A DNA stretch of 56,710 nt from IMG/VR virus record IMGVR_UViG_3300028800_002448; one strand, written 5' to 3'. Under the pieces are notes generated by a model. It was not told where the DNA came from and ran no database searches. It saw only the letters and a list, made by a program, of their open reading frames with translations. Position numbers and translations under genes: made by a program. Origin of the DNA: an uncultured virus (IMG/VR IMGVR_UViG_3300028800_002448) (lineage: Duplodnaviria > Heunggongvirae > Uroviricota > Caudoviricetes). Shown here in pieces: positions 56,048 to 56,710 of the stretch. Positions within the stretch are counted from its first letter, which is position 1. Every line of letters begins with the position of its first letter.

Positions 56048-56710
56048 ATGAGCGACAACCCCTTCAGGAAATTCCTATGCCCACAATGCCTCGGCTTCGG
56101 AGGTCAGCTGTGTCAAGAGCCTCTGTGTCGAGACCCACAGTGGCGGCAATGCACCAAGCCGTTCCCTTGCAACGTCATCTGCAAGATGTGCAAGGGTGAA
56201 GGTGAGATCGAAGGAGACAGGATCAGCATGAGGGAGATCCAGACGTCGCTGCCGTGGAGCATACGGTACAGCCAAGACTTCAGAACCAACCCGCAGCCAC
56301 ACAAGGACTTCGCGCACGCGCTCGTCCACATCAGCAAGGCGGCAGGGAAGCTCGCAGCCCTCGTGGACGACATGGACCACGACTGGTCAGTCGCCGACGA
56401 CCCACAGCTGCGCGAGACGTACGGCAAGTACGTCGCCGACTTGGTCATCTGCGCGATGCGGATGTCGAACACCTTCCCCGGTGGCGTGCTCGATCTGGAG
56501 AAGGCCGTCCTCGATCGCATCAAGGCCAAGAACCCGCAGGCTCTCCCGCCACCTGCACTGAACGACGGGCCAGTGCGTTGGGAGCTGCTGCCAGAGTGTC
56601 CCCACTGCAAGGCAGCCGCGAAGCAGCCCTGCCTTCCTCTCGGGAACATCTGCGTCGAGAGAATCCTCCCCTTCGTCAAGGACGAGGCGACCAAGATCGA
56701 GGGGACATGA
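56048..56710 (+). CDS. Zn-finger plus MazG-like helical domain protein
   Basis: CxxCxGxG repeats; HALVHISKAAGKLA...VADLVI...DLEKAVLDRI. Confidence 0.6.
   Translation: MSDNPFRKFLCPQCLGFGGQLCQEPLCRDPQWRQCTKPFPCNVICKMCKGEGEIEGDRISMREIQTSLPWSIRYSQDFRTNPQPHKDFAHALVHISKAAGKLAALVDDMDHDWSVADDPQLRETYGKYVADLVICAMRMSNTFPGGVLDLEKAVLDRIKAKNPQALPPPALNDGPVRWELLPECPHCKAAAKQPCLPLGNICVERILPFVKDEATKIEGT

Noticed and set aside
1..56710. Stop-codon reassignment or haloarchaeal origin (abundant TCGA/GTCGAC, acidic ORFs)
   Set aside because: Recognisable genes are intact under code 11 with all three stops used; GH25 lysozyme and -35/-10 promoters indicate a bacterial host

Overview
GC-rich, densely coding 56.7-kb piece of a large dsDNA bacteriophage genome. 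There are no host housekeeping operons, and no capsid, terminase or polymerase genes fall inside the window. A myxobacterial or other deltaproteobacterial host is inferred from sigma70-type promoters, several Cys- or Gly/Ala-rich lipoproteins, a Gly-tailed RRM protein and an FHA protein. 1-13.7 kb (minus): membrane/virion-like proteins, a holin-like protein, an RRM protein, lipoproteins, a papain-family protease and a GH25 lysozyme. 13.9-25 kb (plus): small early-type ORFs, an AAA ATPase and an HNH nuclease. 25-54.8 kb (minus): nucleotide metabolism (dTMP kinase, dCMP deaminase, Nudix, 3'-5' exonuclease, HAD, family 4 UDG, 5'-nucleotidase), a methyltransferase-glycosyltransferase-methyltransferase cluster behind a structural-type gene, SET, FHA, NPPF methyltransferase, cyclic-phosphate receiver and HNH genes, three canonical tRNAs and one D-arm-less tRNA-Arg-like gene. 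Structure not explained by these calls: (1) a C-terminal peptide tag, ESVDQxQ[IL], on six mostly unrelated small proteins; (2) an N-terminal acidic tag, [LI]xxx[DE]V[EQH][DE][GV], on about 12 or more unrelated small proteins, often in consecutive genes; (3) a promoter family at eight sites carrying a TATCTT-N4-AAGATA dyad, mostly predicted to give leaderless mRNAs; (4) repeated hairpin+GGGGGTGG elements around an HNH gene. All family names come from motif recognition by eye, not database searches.
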